Counted from the stretch's first letter, positions 9,160 to 18,405 are shown. The stretch is DNA of 64,000 nucleotides from an uncultured Armatimonadetes bacterium (GCA_963717145.1 OY970325.1:608001-672000); one strand, 5' to 3'. Program-made: numbers and translations. The notes: a model not told the origin generated them from the letters alone.

Positions 9160-10758
9160 ATGGCTAACCAGGCGGTTGATGTCAAGGGCACGAAGGGAAT
9201 GGTCACGGGTGACAACTATCTCGCCGTGCAGGTCGGGCGGGACATCCTGCTTGATGGTGGGAACGCCGTCGATGCGGCGGTGGCGACCGCACTCGCGCTC
9301 ACTGTCGTGAAGCCGTCGTCGAACGGCATCGGCGGTTACGGCGGCAACATGGTGATCTACCTCGCCGACACCCGCCGTGTGGTGAGCATCGACTACAACA
9401 CCCGCGCCCCGAAGGCCGCTACTGAGGATATGTTCGAGCCCGTTGCGCCTCCTGCCGAGAAGAGCAACGTCGGCGGGTTCTCCGGCGTCGAGGGCCGAAA
9501 GAACATGTTCGGGCCGCTCGCCGTCTCCGTTCCGGGAACCATCGCCGGCCTTTCCCTGGCCGCTGAGCGATTCGGCTGCCTCGGGTGGTCTGCACTCGTT
9601 CAACCTGCCATGAAGCTCGCCTCCGAGGGATTCACCGTATGGCCCGGATTGAGTGCTAACATCAGGAGCCTGATCGACAACACAGACCCCGAATCGGCCG
9701 CGGCATTCCTCCACGACGGCCGAATCCCGGAGGACGGCGAGACGTTGAAGCTGCCGGATGTCGCCCGCCTGCTCGGCGTCCTTGCCGAGGATCCTGGCTC
9801 TTTCTATCGGGGAGAGCCCGCCCGAATGATCGCCGAGAGAATCCGCTCGATGGGTGGATTGCTCACTGAGCAGGACATGAACGATTTCACGTTGGATGTC
9901 TCCGAGCCGTATTCGATCGACTACCGGGGGCACAAGGTCTACGCGTGCACCGGGATCAGCGGCAGCCCGACTGCGTTCGAGGCGATGGCGGTGATGCAGT
10001 TCCTCAACACAAAGCCGTATGCCCCGGATGATCCCGCCTACTGGGGCGACCTCGCCGGCGCGCTGATTCTCTCATGGCATGACAGGCTCGCGCTCCTGGG
10101 TGATGTGCCCGGCTTCGACACGCTTGTCGATCACCTGATGTCGCACCGATATGCCGAGCTTCTGGCGGCGAGGGTCCGCGCCGGCAACTTCACGAAGATC
10201 CCGAGCGAATTCGACCCAACGAGGTGCACAGTCCACGTCAATGCCTGCGATGCCGACCACAACATGGTGGCGCTGACTCAGACCCACGGCGGGGGATACG
10301 GCTCGCGAGTAGTCGTGCCGGGACTCGGGATCGTTCTCGGGCACGGGATGTCGAGGTTCAACCCGGAGGCCGGGCATCCGAACTCGCCCGGCCCGGGGAA
10401 GCAGCCGCTCCACAACATGTCGCCGCTGATCATCACGAAGGACGGCATGCCCGTCGCGGCGATCGGACTCCCGGGCGGACGAACGATCCCGAGCCTGATG
10501 CCGCAGTTCGTTGCCGACATCGCGGACTACGGCATGACCGCCGGCGAGCAATTGCGATTCCCGAGGATTCACACACAGGGCGACGCGATCCAGCACACCG
10601 ACGACCTGCCCGAATACGCGCAGAAGGCGATCTCCCAACGGGGACACGAGTTGGCGCGCACAGAGGCGATCGGCGGCATCGCATCGAGCATCGTCATCAG
10701 AGGAGACACGATCTTCGGCGCGTCCCAGGGCGGCGAAAAGGCATCGCTGGGGATATGA
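9160..10758 (+). CDS. ggt: Gamma-glutamyltransferase family Ntn hydrolase
   Basis: GGNAVDAAVA, SVPGTIAGL, C-T-V-H nucleophile region, PGKQPLHNM, PGGRTI. Confidence 0.9.
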   Translation: MANQAVDVKGTKGMVTGDNYLAVQVGRDILLDGGNAVDAAVATALALTVVKPSSNGIGGYGGNMVIYLADTRRVVSIDYNTRAPKAATEDMFEPVAPPAEKSNVGGFSGVEGRKNMFGPLAVSVPGTIAGLSLAAERFGCLGWSALVQPAMKLASEGFTVWPGLSANIRSLIDNTDPESAAAFLHDGRIPEDGETLKLPDVARLLGVLAEDPGSFYRGEPARMIAERIRSMGGLLTEQDMNDFTLDVSEPYSIDYRGHKVYACTGISGSPTAFEAMAVMQFLNTKPYAPDDPAYWGDLAGALILSWHDRLALLGDVPGFDTLVDHLMSHRYAELLAARVRAGNFTKIPSEFDPTRCTVHVNACDADHNMVALTQTHGGGYGSRVVVPGLGIVLGHGMSRFNPEAGHPNSPGPGKQPLHNMSPLIITKDGMPVAAIGLPGGRTIPSLMPQFVADIADYGMTAGEQLRFPRIHTQGDAIQHTDDLPEYAQKAISQRGHELARTEAIGGIASSIVIRGDTIFGASQGGEKASLGI

Positions 10759-10812
10759 TGGCGCTTCGTGTTGGGGCGCTGTCCAGTTCTGTCCTGCAGA
10801 AGACACACCGTC

Positions 10813-10915
10813 AGTCCTGAGTTCGCCGGTGAATGACGGCGTGTAACGAAGGACGGCCTTAGTGCGCCCAGCCGTCCTTCGTTACACGCCGTCATTCACC
10901 GGCGAACTCAGGACT
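10813..10915. repeat. Perfect 45-bp inverted repeat between convergent genes (CGTC-containing palindrome)
   Basis: Arms 10813-10857 and 10871-10915 are exact reverse complements. Confidence 0.9.
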
Positions 10916-10961
10916 CTCGGTCGTGGGCTACCTCCCAGTTTCTCACTCTACACTCTGCACG

Positions 10962-11369
10962 TCAGTAGATGAGCCATATTGCTACGAGCGACAGGCCGAT
11001 CCCGATCTTCTGGCTCGTCGAGAGTTGCTCTTTCCACGCGATGATCGAAAAGACTGCGGTGACCACGAGGTTTCCCAGGCTGCGGACCGGGAACACCACG
11101 ATCCCGCTAAGCCCCTGGAGCGCGAGCAGGAAGAACACCATGCTGATCGCCCCCGCCGCGCCCATCATGAACCCGACGCGTTTGTCATCGGTGCTCTGGT
11201 CCTGGCGTCTGACCAAGAGTATCACCGTTCCGAGGAGCGCGGGCGTCGCATAGAACGCCAGCATGTAGAGATCGCGGTACGGGCCGAGATCCCACTGTAT
11301 CAGTGCCTTGTTCAGGATGTTGAGCACGCCGGTCAGCACGAACGCCACCATCAGCAGGAGGAAGCTCAT
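10962..11369 (-). CDS. Single-domain EamA/DMT membrane transporter subunit
   Basis: About 5 hydrophobic segments, WKEQLSTSQKIGIGL terminal pattern. Confidence 0.75.
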   Translation of the reverse strand: MSFLLLMVAFVLTGVLNILNKALIQWDLGPYRDLYMLAFYATPALLGTVILLVRRQDQSTDDKRVGFMMGAAGAISMVFFLLALQGLSGIVVFPVRSLGNLVVTAVFSIIAWKEQLSTSQKIGIGLSLVAIWLIY

Positions 11370-11797
11370 GACTTCTCGCCTCCGTTGCTCTTCTCATGCC
11401 GCCCGAACAGAACGAGCGCGATCACTATCAGCGCGAGCCCGACGGTCTGCCTCGGACTCGGATGCTCGTGCCAGGCGAAGATCGACGCGAACACAGGGAA
11501 TCCGATCGAGAGGCTGATGACGGTCCACGAGGCCGAAAGCTGCCCGAACTTCATGTGGTAGAAGAACGTAAGCGTCGCGAAGAAGACCATGAACCCGCCG
11601 ATGACGCCCATCGCGAGCGCCTGCGGATTGTACGGCAGCTTGCCTTTCAAGGCGATGTAGGCGATCATTGTGACCGTCGAGCCCAGGTAGACCCAGACGT
11701 TCACGGCGTCGAGGTTGCAGTTCCGGCGCACCGCGAGCTTGTAGGAAGCGGCGAACAGCGTGTTAAAGACTATCGAGAGGATCAGGAAGGCTGCCAT
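11366..11797 (-). CDS. Single-domain EamA/DMT membrane transporter subunit
   Basis: About 5 hydrophobic segments, WHEHPSPRQTVGLAL; ATGA overlap with the next gene. Confidence 0.75.
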   Translation of the reverse strand: MAAFLILSIVFNTLFAASYKLAVRRNCNLDAVNVWVYLGSTVTMIAYIALKGKLPYNPQALAMGVIGGFMVFFATLTFFYHMKFGQLSASWTVISLSIGFPVFASIFAWHEHPSPRQTVGLALIVIALVLFGRHEKSNGGEKS

Positions 11798-11860
11798 GTT
11801 CTCCGGAGCTATGTTCCGCATGCCGCGCCGATGAACCTTCCGCCTCGGTCGCGATCCCAC

Positions 11861-11932
11861 GCTGTCATTCTGAGCGGAGCGAAGAATCTCGCCCCGGCGA
11901 AAGAGATTCTTCAATCCGCTCAGAATGACAGC
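11861..11932. repeat. GTCATTCTGAGC-type palindromic element
   Basis: GCTGTCATTCTGAGCGGAGCGAAGAATCTC ... GAGATTCTTCAATCCGCTCAGAATGACAGC. Confidence 0.85.
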
Positions 11933-12014
11933 GGGTGACTGCGAATTTGTGTCTTTACAAACCGGGCGGCATGTGGTAGAATACCGATGTCCGATCCCGG
12001 ACGCCGCATCATGC

Positions 12015-12091
12015 GGCCCGTTCGTCTAGCGGCCTAGGATACCTGGTTCTCAGCCAGGGGATCAGGGGTTCGAATCCCCTACGGGCTACCA
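12015..12091 (+). tRNA. tRNA-Glu (anticodon CTC)
   Basis: Acceptor stem GGCCCGT/ACGGGCT, anticodon arm CCTGG-TTCTCAG-CCAGG, T-loop GGTTCGAATCC, encoded CCA; promoter TTTACA..TAGAAT upstream. Confidence 0.96.
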
Positions 12092-12094
12092 AAT

Positions 12095-12133
12095 GAAAAG
12101 CGGAAGACTCGTTACATGGGTCTTCCGCTTTTC
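12095..12133 (+). terminator. Intrinsic terminator after the tRNA
   Basis: GAAAAGCGGAAGACTC ... GGGTCTTCCGCTTTTC. Confidence 0.75.
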
Positions 12134-12150
12134 GTGTTTCATCCGGATCG

Positions 12151-12191
12151 TTGACACCTCGGCGCGGATGTGGTATATCTAGTGTATACAC
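12151..12191 (+). promoter_or_regulatory. Toxin-antitoxin promoter and probable operator palindrome
   Basis: TTGACA-17 bp-TATATC followed by the palindrome GTGTATACAC. Confidence 0.55.
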
Positions 12192-12212
12192 AACGCATAT
12201 GCGGGTAGCTGA

Positions 12213-12506
12213 ATGGCACTGCGGATCGATGACTTCCACTGGATAGAGCTGCTGGTTGATAAGATAGTGAGCAAGCATGGCGTGGCCCCGGAGGACGTCG
12301 AGAGCGCATTGCTGAACGTCGATCCGCTGCCGTATGTCTGGCGGAAGAGCGACCGCTACCTGGCTCTGGCTCAGGTCGAGGACGGCGGTGAGTATCTGTT
12401 CATTGTGTTCGGTATGGAGCCGGGCAATGTCGCCCGAGTCATCACCGCCAGAGGTATGACGGCAGATGAAAAGAGCAAGTTCAGGAAACTTAGGAAGCTG
12501 GGCTGA
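12213..12506 (+). CDS. BrnT-like type II toxin (RNase)
   Basis: W...KHGV..EDVE, RYLALA, YLFIVF and ARVITARGMT.DE pattern; 97 aa. Confidence 0.75.
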   Translation: MALRIDDFHWIELLVDKIVSKHGVAPEDVESALLNVDPLPYVWRKSDRYLALAQVEDGGEYLFIVFGMEPGNVARVITARGMTADEKSKFRKLRKLG

Positions 12507-12545
12507 TTTGCGCGACTCTTGTTGGCCTGCAAGGAGATGAGTGGC

Positions 12546-12896
12546 ATGGAAACGAAAGATGGAGCGGTCCCTCAGTTCAAATCTGCGGACGAGGAGATTG
12601 AATTCTGGGACACGCATAGTGCGGTTGATTTCATTGATGAGAACACTGCGGTGGAGGTCGACTCCTCGAAGGCCCGTGAAAAGCGAGCAGGCAAAGCGAC
12701 CCAACAGATCTCTCTACGCGTATCTCGCCCGGTCCTGGAGCGAACAAAGCGACGGGCCAGGTCATTGGGCGTCCCGTATCAGACATTGATCCAGCTCTGG
12801 GTTGCGGAGAGGCTGGAACAGGAAGAAGCCACTGTGAAGTCACTTAGCAGCAGGTCAGCGAAGCGCAGACCTCGCAGTACTTCACATTCAGAGTAG
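12546..12896 (+). CDS. CopG/BrnA-like antitoxin (RHH)
   Basis: PQFKSADEEIEFWDTHS and ISLRV...ARSLGVPYQTLIQLWVAERL. Confidence 0.8.
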   Translation: METKDGAVPQFKSADEEIEFWDTHSAVDFIDENTAVEVDSSKAREKRAGKATQQISLRVSRPVLERTKRRARSLGVPYQTLIQLWVAERLEQEEATVKSLSSRSAKRRPRSTSHSE

Positions 12897-12932
12897 ATAC
12901 CGATCTCGCGGACTCCCGAAACAAGGCTTCGC

Positions 12933-13454
12933 TCAAGGTGAGACTACGCGGCCTTCGCTTGCCAGGTACTCCGCGAGCTTGTCGAATGATTCGCTCCATC
13001 CCTGCCGAGCACCCTCCCTATCCGGGCCTGGTGGGATGCCGACGTGACGCAAGGTCAGTCGAGTCCTGCAGCCATCCTCCTCGAAGGTCACCGTGATCAG
13101 CATCTCGAGCGGGAAGTCCGCGCTCATATCGTAGTAGGTCGCCGGGACGACGTTGCCTTGCTCATCGGCAAAGTAGTTGGTCATGACGAGCCGTTCGGGA
13201 TCAACGATCTCGCGATAGGTACCCCTGCCGCAGTAGTCGCGCCCCTCAGGGGATCGCATGCAGTTCCGATATTCGCCGCCAACGCGCAGGTCGATCTCGC
13301 ATACGGGCGTGGTGAACCCCCTCGGTCCCCACCAGCGCTTCACCTGCTCGCAGTGCGTCCACGCCTCGAACACCCTCTCTCGCGGCGCATCGAAGACGCG
13401 GGTAATAACCAGTTCTCCCTGTTCCTCCGCAGGGACAATCTCCCTCATGGCCAT
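12933..13454 (-). CDS. SRPBCC/AHSA1 domain protein
   Basis: LVITRVFDAPRERVFEAWT, WWGP, DLRVGG, GWSESFDKL. Confidence 0.9.
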   Translation of the reverse strand: MAMREIVPAEEQGELVITRVFDAPRERVFEAWTHCEQVKRWWGPRGFTTPVCEIDLRVGGEYRNCMRSPEGRDYCGRGTYREIVDPERLVMTNYFADEQGNVVPATYYDMSADFPLEMLITVTFEEDGCRTRLTLRHVGIPPGPDREGARQGWSESFDKLAEYLASEGRVVSP

Positions 13455-13735
13455 TGTCGTTCTCCTTTCGATGCAATCTCCAGATCACCAGTCCGCCTGG
13501 CATCATTCATCCACTGCACTTCTTTCCGATTCTGCCCAGAGATCAAACGCGGAAGTCCCTCCCATAATATCGGTCCTCGTGATGTCATACTCTGGTGTTC
13601 TCAGGTCCAAGTACAGCTTCGTCGAATGCCCGAGGAAGGCAGGAGAACACAGACCGAGTCCAGAAACCTCTACTGAGTCAGCGGTTCAATAGTATCCGAC
13701 TGGCAGTTACGTTAACCACTAAGGGTAACCAAGCA

Positions 13736-16552
13736 ATGAATACGCAACGGGATGTGTTCCTTTGTCATGCTAGCGAAGAAAAAGCCAGTGTTGTAAGACC
13801 GCTGGCTACTGGACTCACCGAATCCGGGATTTCCTGCTGGTTCGACGAGGCAGAGATCAACTGGGGTGACAGCATCACTGATAAGGCTAATGAGGGATTG
13901 CGCATTTCCCGTTTCCTCGTCGTGGTGCTGAGCAAAGCATTTCTTGCGAAACCTTGGCCAAAACGCGAACTCAACGCGGTTCTGAATCTTGAGGCGTGTA
14001 CTGGGCAGACTCGTGTCCTTCCGCTCATCGTGGGGACACCTGAGGATTGCATCGAGATACGTGCAAGTCTACCTATGCTGAACGACAAACTGTATCTCAC
14101 CTGGGATGACAATGTCGATGCCATTGTTACTGCGTTGAGATCTAGGCTGGATGCTCATCTGCCTGAGTCAGACAGCGATCGCGATATCATGGATGAACCG
14201 TCACCTCGAAGTCCGGGCTCACCTATCGTGGGTTTGTGCCCGGCAGACGTCAGCCATATCTTTAAGGATCGGGTCAGTGAGATTGAGACGTTGAGGCGGG
14301 CGTTGAAGTCACCTGATCACAGGGTTATCTGTATCGTCGGCCGGGGTGGCCTGGGCAAGACAGCTCTACTATCCAAGCTGTGCATGGAGATCGAGGGTGG
14401 AGTGACTCGCGTGTCGACATCGGCGGCTAACATCGGGGCTGATGGGATCATCTACTTAAGCTGCCGGGAGAGCGGCCAGCCCAGCCTCGAGCAGATATTC
14501 CTCGCTTTCGGACGCATCCTAGGCGACGGGGAGGGCATGAGCCGCTTGTGGAATGATGACTCCATCTCCGTGCCGGCGCGTATTCGAGAGTTGCTCCGTC
14601 TGCTTGGTGGCCCGAAATGCTACCTCCTGGTACTAGACAACGCAGAGGATGTTCTTGAGGATGACGGTCGAATTGCCGATGCTAATCTCCGGGCGCTCAT
14701 TGAGATAGTGGCGTCAACATCACACGCACTTCGGGTAATCGTAACGAGCCGCAGATCTGTGGCTCTGCATAGCCAAGGTGGTCTGAGTGTATGCACGATC
14801 AACCTCGACCTTGGATTACCGGATGCTGAGGCTATTCAACACCTACGCGACCTCGACCAAGACGGCGCATCGGGCCTCCGCGATGCTCCCGAGGAGGCTC
14901 TCCTTCAGGCGGCACAACGGTGCATGGGCATTCCCCGCGCGCTGGAGTTGCTCCAGGGATTCTTGGCTCGCAATCCTCATCTGACACTCGGAGAGGTGTT
15001 GGACGACCATGGACTATTTGAGAAACTGGAACACCGCGATCCTGGGGCTCACCGTACTGAACGCCTTGTGGAGGCCCTGGTAGCCGCCAGCTATCATCGA
15101 GGTGATGGGTGTCAGCGTCGCGTTATTGAAATTCTTGCTGTGTTCGGCGGTCCGGTTCCGCTAGTCGCCATCGAATATATGGCGAGGGCCTCGGGTATGG
15201 ATGTGGATATCAAACGGATACTTGATGGTCTTGTATGCACCCGCTCGGTCACATTCCGACGCACCCGGCGCACCTATGAACTACACCCGATTGATCAGAG
15301 CTACGCATGCTCACAGATCGCAATTGAGGGCGAAACTGGACGTGTGCAGTTGCATCGAATCGCCGCAGCCTACTACCATTCGCAGGAACTGCCGGAGGAA
15401 CAGTGGCACACCATTTCCGACCTACAGCCTCAGCTCTGCCAGGTGCAGCATCTGATTGCTGCCGAGATGTGGGATGATGCCTCACTGGTGTTGAAGCAGA
15501 TTGGTCATCGTTATCTGCGCCCATGGGGTTACAGGTCGCTACGTCTGGAGCTATTGAAGAAGCTGAACGGGAGGGTGACTGGACGTTACGATCGCCTCTA
15601 TAATCTTAATGAGCTTGGCCTTGCATACTACTCCTGTTGTCTGCATCGCCCAGCGATCGAGTGCTTCGAACGGATGATCACCGAGATAACACCGGACGAT
15701 CCACCAGAGATCCTGAGGGCCTATGGTGCCGCTCTGCTGAACAAGGGACTGATCGAGCGAGAGGCGGGCCGTTTCGCGCAATCGTGCGCTTCCTTCACGC
15801 GCGCCTTGGATGTACATAGATCGCTTTCCATCTCGCCTGGGAATAGCCTGGGTAGTATCGGTGTTAGTCACATGCGAATGGGGGATCTTGCTCAGGCTAC
15901 TGATTGGTTAGAGCACTCGATTGAGGCTAGTAAGGCACCCAGCGTTGACCTTCGCGCATCAACCGAACACATCGGGATACACCTCATTGCACTAGGAGAG
16001 GTACTTATGCTGCAAGGCGACTGTGCAGGCGCTATTGTCCGTGCATCTGAGGGTATGGAATACTCAGAGCAGGTATTCCATCGCTTGGGCATAGCTCGCG
16101 CACTATCTTTGCTGGGAACAGCATACCTGTCAATGGGACGCGTTTCCGATAGCCGTCGGGCGTTTGAGCGGGAAGAAGGTATGGACCTGCCAAAAGCTGC
16201 CCCGCTGTGTTCGCTAATGATTGGTATTGTCGAACTGGCCAAGGGGTCTTGCACCGCTGCGGATAAGCGCTTCACGCAAGCGATTGAATCCAGCCGAATG
16301 CTACTGAGTCTAACCGACGATCTGTACGAGCAGTACTATGTGCAGGCACTAGCTCTACTTGCCGCAAGACAGACGCTGAATGCAATGCGCGCATACCAAC
16401 TTGCACTCAGTCGATCTTCCGCACGCGGCGTATTGATGGAAGCCTTGCTCCGTCTGGATCTACTCGATCAAGCGTCGGAGCAGCATCCTGGTGTGATAGA
16501 AGTACACGAAATGCTTGAGATAGCACTTTCGAATGCAACGCCATCCGGCTAG
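13736..16552 (+). CDS. TIR - STAND NTPase (NB-ARC-like) - TPR protein
   Basis: TIR DVFLCHASEEK...WPKREL; Walker A GRGGLGKT; Walker B LLVLDNAE; VTSRR; GIPRAL; ELHP; C-terminal TPR-like repeats. Confidence 0.88.
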   Translation: MNTQRDVFLCHASEEKASVVRPLATGLTESGISCWFDEAEINWGDSITDKANEGLRISRFLVVVLSKAFLAKPWPKRELNAVLNLEACTGQTRVLPLIVGTPEDCIEIRASLPMLNDKLYLTWDDNVDAIVTALRSRLDAHLPESDSDRDIMDEPSPRSPGSPIVGLCPADVSHIFKDRVSEIETLRRALKSPDHRVICIVGRGGLGKTALLSKLCMEIEGGVTRVSTSAANIGADGIIYLSCRESGQPSLEQIFLAFGRILGDGEGMSRLWNDDSISVPARIRELLRLLGGPKCYLLVLDNAEDVLEDDGRIADANLRALIEIVASTSHALRVIVTSRRSVALHSQGGLSVCTINLDLGLPDAEAIQHLRDLDQDGASGLRDAPEEALLQAAQRCMGIPRALELLQGFLARNPHLTLGEVLDDHGLFEKLEHRDPGAHRTERLVEALVAASYHRGDGCQRRVIEILAVFGGPVPLVAIEYMARASGMDVDIKRILDGLVCTRSVTFRRTRRTYELHPIDQSYACSQIAIEGETGRVQLHRIAAAYYHSQELPEEQWHTISDLQPQLCQVQHLIAAEMWDDASLVLKQIGHRYLRPWGYRSLRLELLKKLNGRVTGRYDRLYNLNELGLAYYSCCLHRPAIECFERMITEITPDDPPEILRAYGAALLNKGLIEREAGRFAQSCASFTRALDVHRSLSISPGNSLGSIGVSHMRMGDLAQATDWLEHSIEASKAPSVDLRASTEHIGIHLIALGEVLMLQGDCAGAIVRASEGMEYSEQVFHRLGIARALSLLGTAYLSMGRVSDSRRAFEREEGMDLPKAAPLCSLMIGIVELAKGSCTAADKRFTQAIESSRMLLSLTDDLYEQYYVQALALLAARQTLNAMRAYQLALSRSSARGVLMEALLRLDLLDQASEQHPGVIEVHEMLEIALSNATPSG

Positions 16553-16588
16553 CGCCGATGCACCATGCGGAGTCATGCTCATCAGTAC

Positions 16589-16930
16589 CTAGCTCACGGC
16601 AACATCCCCGTGCTCGGCGGTGCGGATGCGGATCGCGTCCTCGACCTTCGAGACGAAGATCTTGCCGTCGCCGATCTCTCCGGTCGCGGCGTGCTTGATG
16701 ATCGCTTCCACGACCGACTCGGCCAGCGAATCGACGACCACCGTCTCGATCTTCGTCTTGTCGAGCAGGTTCACGACGTATTCCTGGCCACGGTAGTACT
16801 GGGTCCGGCCACGCTGCTTGCCCGCGCCCATGACGTGCGTGACGGTGATGCCCTTTACGCCGATCTCATCGAGCGCAGCCTTCACATCGTCGAGCTTGTC
16901 CGGCCTGATGATTGCTTCAACCTTGATCAT
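16589..16930 (-). CDS. glnK: PII nitrogen regulatory protein
   Basis: KVEAIIRPDKLDDVK, YRGQEY, TGEIGDGKIFV; next to amtB. Confidence 0.93.
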   Translation of the reverse strand: MIKVEAIIRPDKLDDVKAALDEIGVKGITVTHVMGAGKQRGRTQYYRGQEYVVNLLDKTKIETVVVDSLAESVVEAIIKHAATGEIGDGKIFVSKVEDAIRIRTAEHGDVAVS

Positions 16931-16942
16931 GCGAACCTCCCA

Positions 16943-17020
16943 GGGGAATGGTTGATGGTTCATGGCTGATGGTTAATGTGGGGCCGGCCCCCATCAACCA
17001 TGAACTATGAACCATTCCCC
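16943..17020. repeat. Inverted element of 7-bp units (TGGTTGA/TGGTTCA)
   Basis: GGGGAATGGTTGATGGTTCATGGCTGATGG ... CCATCAACCATGAACTATGAACCATTCCCC between amtB and glnK. Confidence 0.75.
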
Positions 17021-17027
17021 ATTTCCC

Positions 17028-18260
17028 CTAGAAATGATACCCGATTTCGCCGTGCTGGCTCAAGTCGAGGCCCGTCTCCTCGTCCTCGGCGGCTACTCGA
17101 AGTGGGGCGAAGAGCGCCGTGATCTTCAGCAGGATGAACGTCATAACAAGCGAGAATCCGGCAACCGCGAGGATTCCCATAAGCTGCTTCCCGATCAACG
17201 ATGTACCGCCCGAGAGGAGGCCGTTCGCTCCCGCCGGGTTTATGAGCTTGGTGGCAAAGAGGCCAACCGCCAGGACTCCCCATGCGCCGCCGATCCCGTG
17301 AACCCCGAATACATCCAGCGAATCATCGTAGTGGAATCTGTTCTTCAACGTGATGGCGAAGTAGCAGAGTACGCTCACTACGATGCCGATCGCCATCGCT
17401 CCCATCGGGCCGACGAACCCCGAGCCGGGGGTCACCGCCGCGAGGCCTGCGACCCCGCCGGTCGCCGCACCGAGTGCGCTCGGTCTACCCTGACGCCACC
17501 ACTCCAGCATGATCCATGTCATCGCCGCCGCCGCACCCGCGGTGTTCGTGGCGATGAATGCGCCGACCGCGATGCCGTTCGCCGCGAGCGAGCTTCCCGC
17601 GTTGAAGCCGAACCAGCCGAACCAGAGGAGCGCCGTGCCGACCACGGTCATCGTCAGGTTGTGGGGGGTGAACTCCTCCTTGCCGAAGCCCTTGCGACTG
17701 CCCAGGACGAGTGCGCAACAGAGCGCCGCGATCCCCGACGAAAGATGCACCACCAGTCCGCCTGCGAAATCGAGCGCGCCCATCTCCCTCAGCCATCCGC
17801 CCGGCGCCCAGACCCAGTGCGCGATCGGGCAGTAGACGAGGATGCTCCACAGCCCGGCGAAGATCACATATGCCTTGAACGACATCCGCTCGGCAAACGC
17901 GCCGGTTATCAGTGCCGGGGTGATGATTGCGAACATGCACTGGTAGATCATGAACAACTCGTGGGGAATCGTCGCGGAGTAGCTCGGATTCGGAGCCACA
18001 CCCACGTCACGGAGGCACACCCAATCGAACGATCCGATGAGTCCCCAATGGTCCGGCCCGAAGGCGAGGCTGTAGCCGAACAGAATCCAGATCATGCTCA
18101 CCAGGCCGACCATGGTGAAGCTCTGCAGGATCGTCGCGAGCACGTTCTTCCTGCGGACCATTCCGCCGTAGAAGAGCCCGAGTCCCGGCGTCATCAGCAT
18201 GACGAGCGCGGTCGAGATCAGGACCCAGACGGTATCGGCCGGATTGATGGATGATGGCAT
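17028..18260 (-). CDS. amtB: Ammonium transporter
   Basis: MTPGLGLFYGG, DFAGGLVVH, LWFGWFGFNAGS, DDSLDVFGVHG. Confidence 0.97.
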   Translation of the reverse strand: MPSSINPADTVWVLISTALVMLMTPGLGLFYGGMVRRKNVLATILQSFTMVGLVSMIWILFGYSLAFGPDHWGLIGSFDWVCLRDVGVAPNPSYSATIPHELFMIYQCMFAIITPALITGAFAERMSFKAYVIFAGLWSILVYCPIAHWVWAPGGWLREMGALDFAGGLVVHLSSGIAALCCALVLGSRKGFGKEEFTPHNLTMTVVGTALLWFGWFGFNAGSSLAANGIAVGAFIATNTAGAAAAMTWIMLEWWRQGRPSALGAATGGVAGLAAVTPGSGFVGPMGAMAIGIVVSVLCYFAITLKNRFHYDDSLDVFGVHGIGGAWGVLAVGLFATKLINPAGANGLLSGGTSLIGKQLMGILAVAGFSLVMTFILLKITALFAPLRVAAEDEETGLDLSQHGEIGYHF

Positions 18261-18296
18261 CTTGGTCGTCCTCCAGCATGTTGGTGTGTACACTGT

Positions 18297-18346
18297 ATTA
18301 CACTGATGTTTCCGGCGCGTTTCGGAATTGTTACGTCCATGTAAAC
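18297..18346 (-). promoter_or_regulatory. Five phased GnAAC-like boxes at 11-bp period (GlnR-box-like)
   Basis: Minus strand TTTAC-n6-GTAAC-n6-GAAAC-n6-GAAAC-n6-GTAAT upstream of amtB. Confidence 0.65.
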
Positions 18347-18405
18347 AGGAGGGAACCGACGGCGTGAGAAGGAAGAAAGAAGCAGCTCAACGCGCGGGAG
18401 GATTG

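Noticed and set aside
12009-12704. 231-aa minus-strand ORF across the tRNA and toxin gene
   Set aside because: Antisense to a clear tRNA and toxin-antitoxin pair
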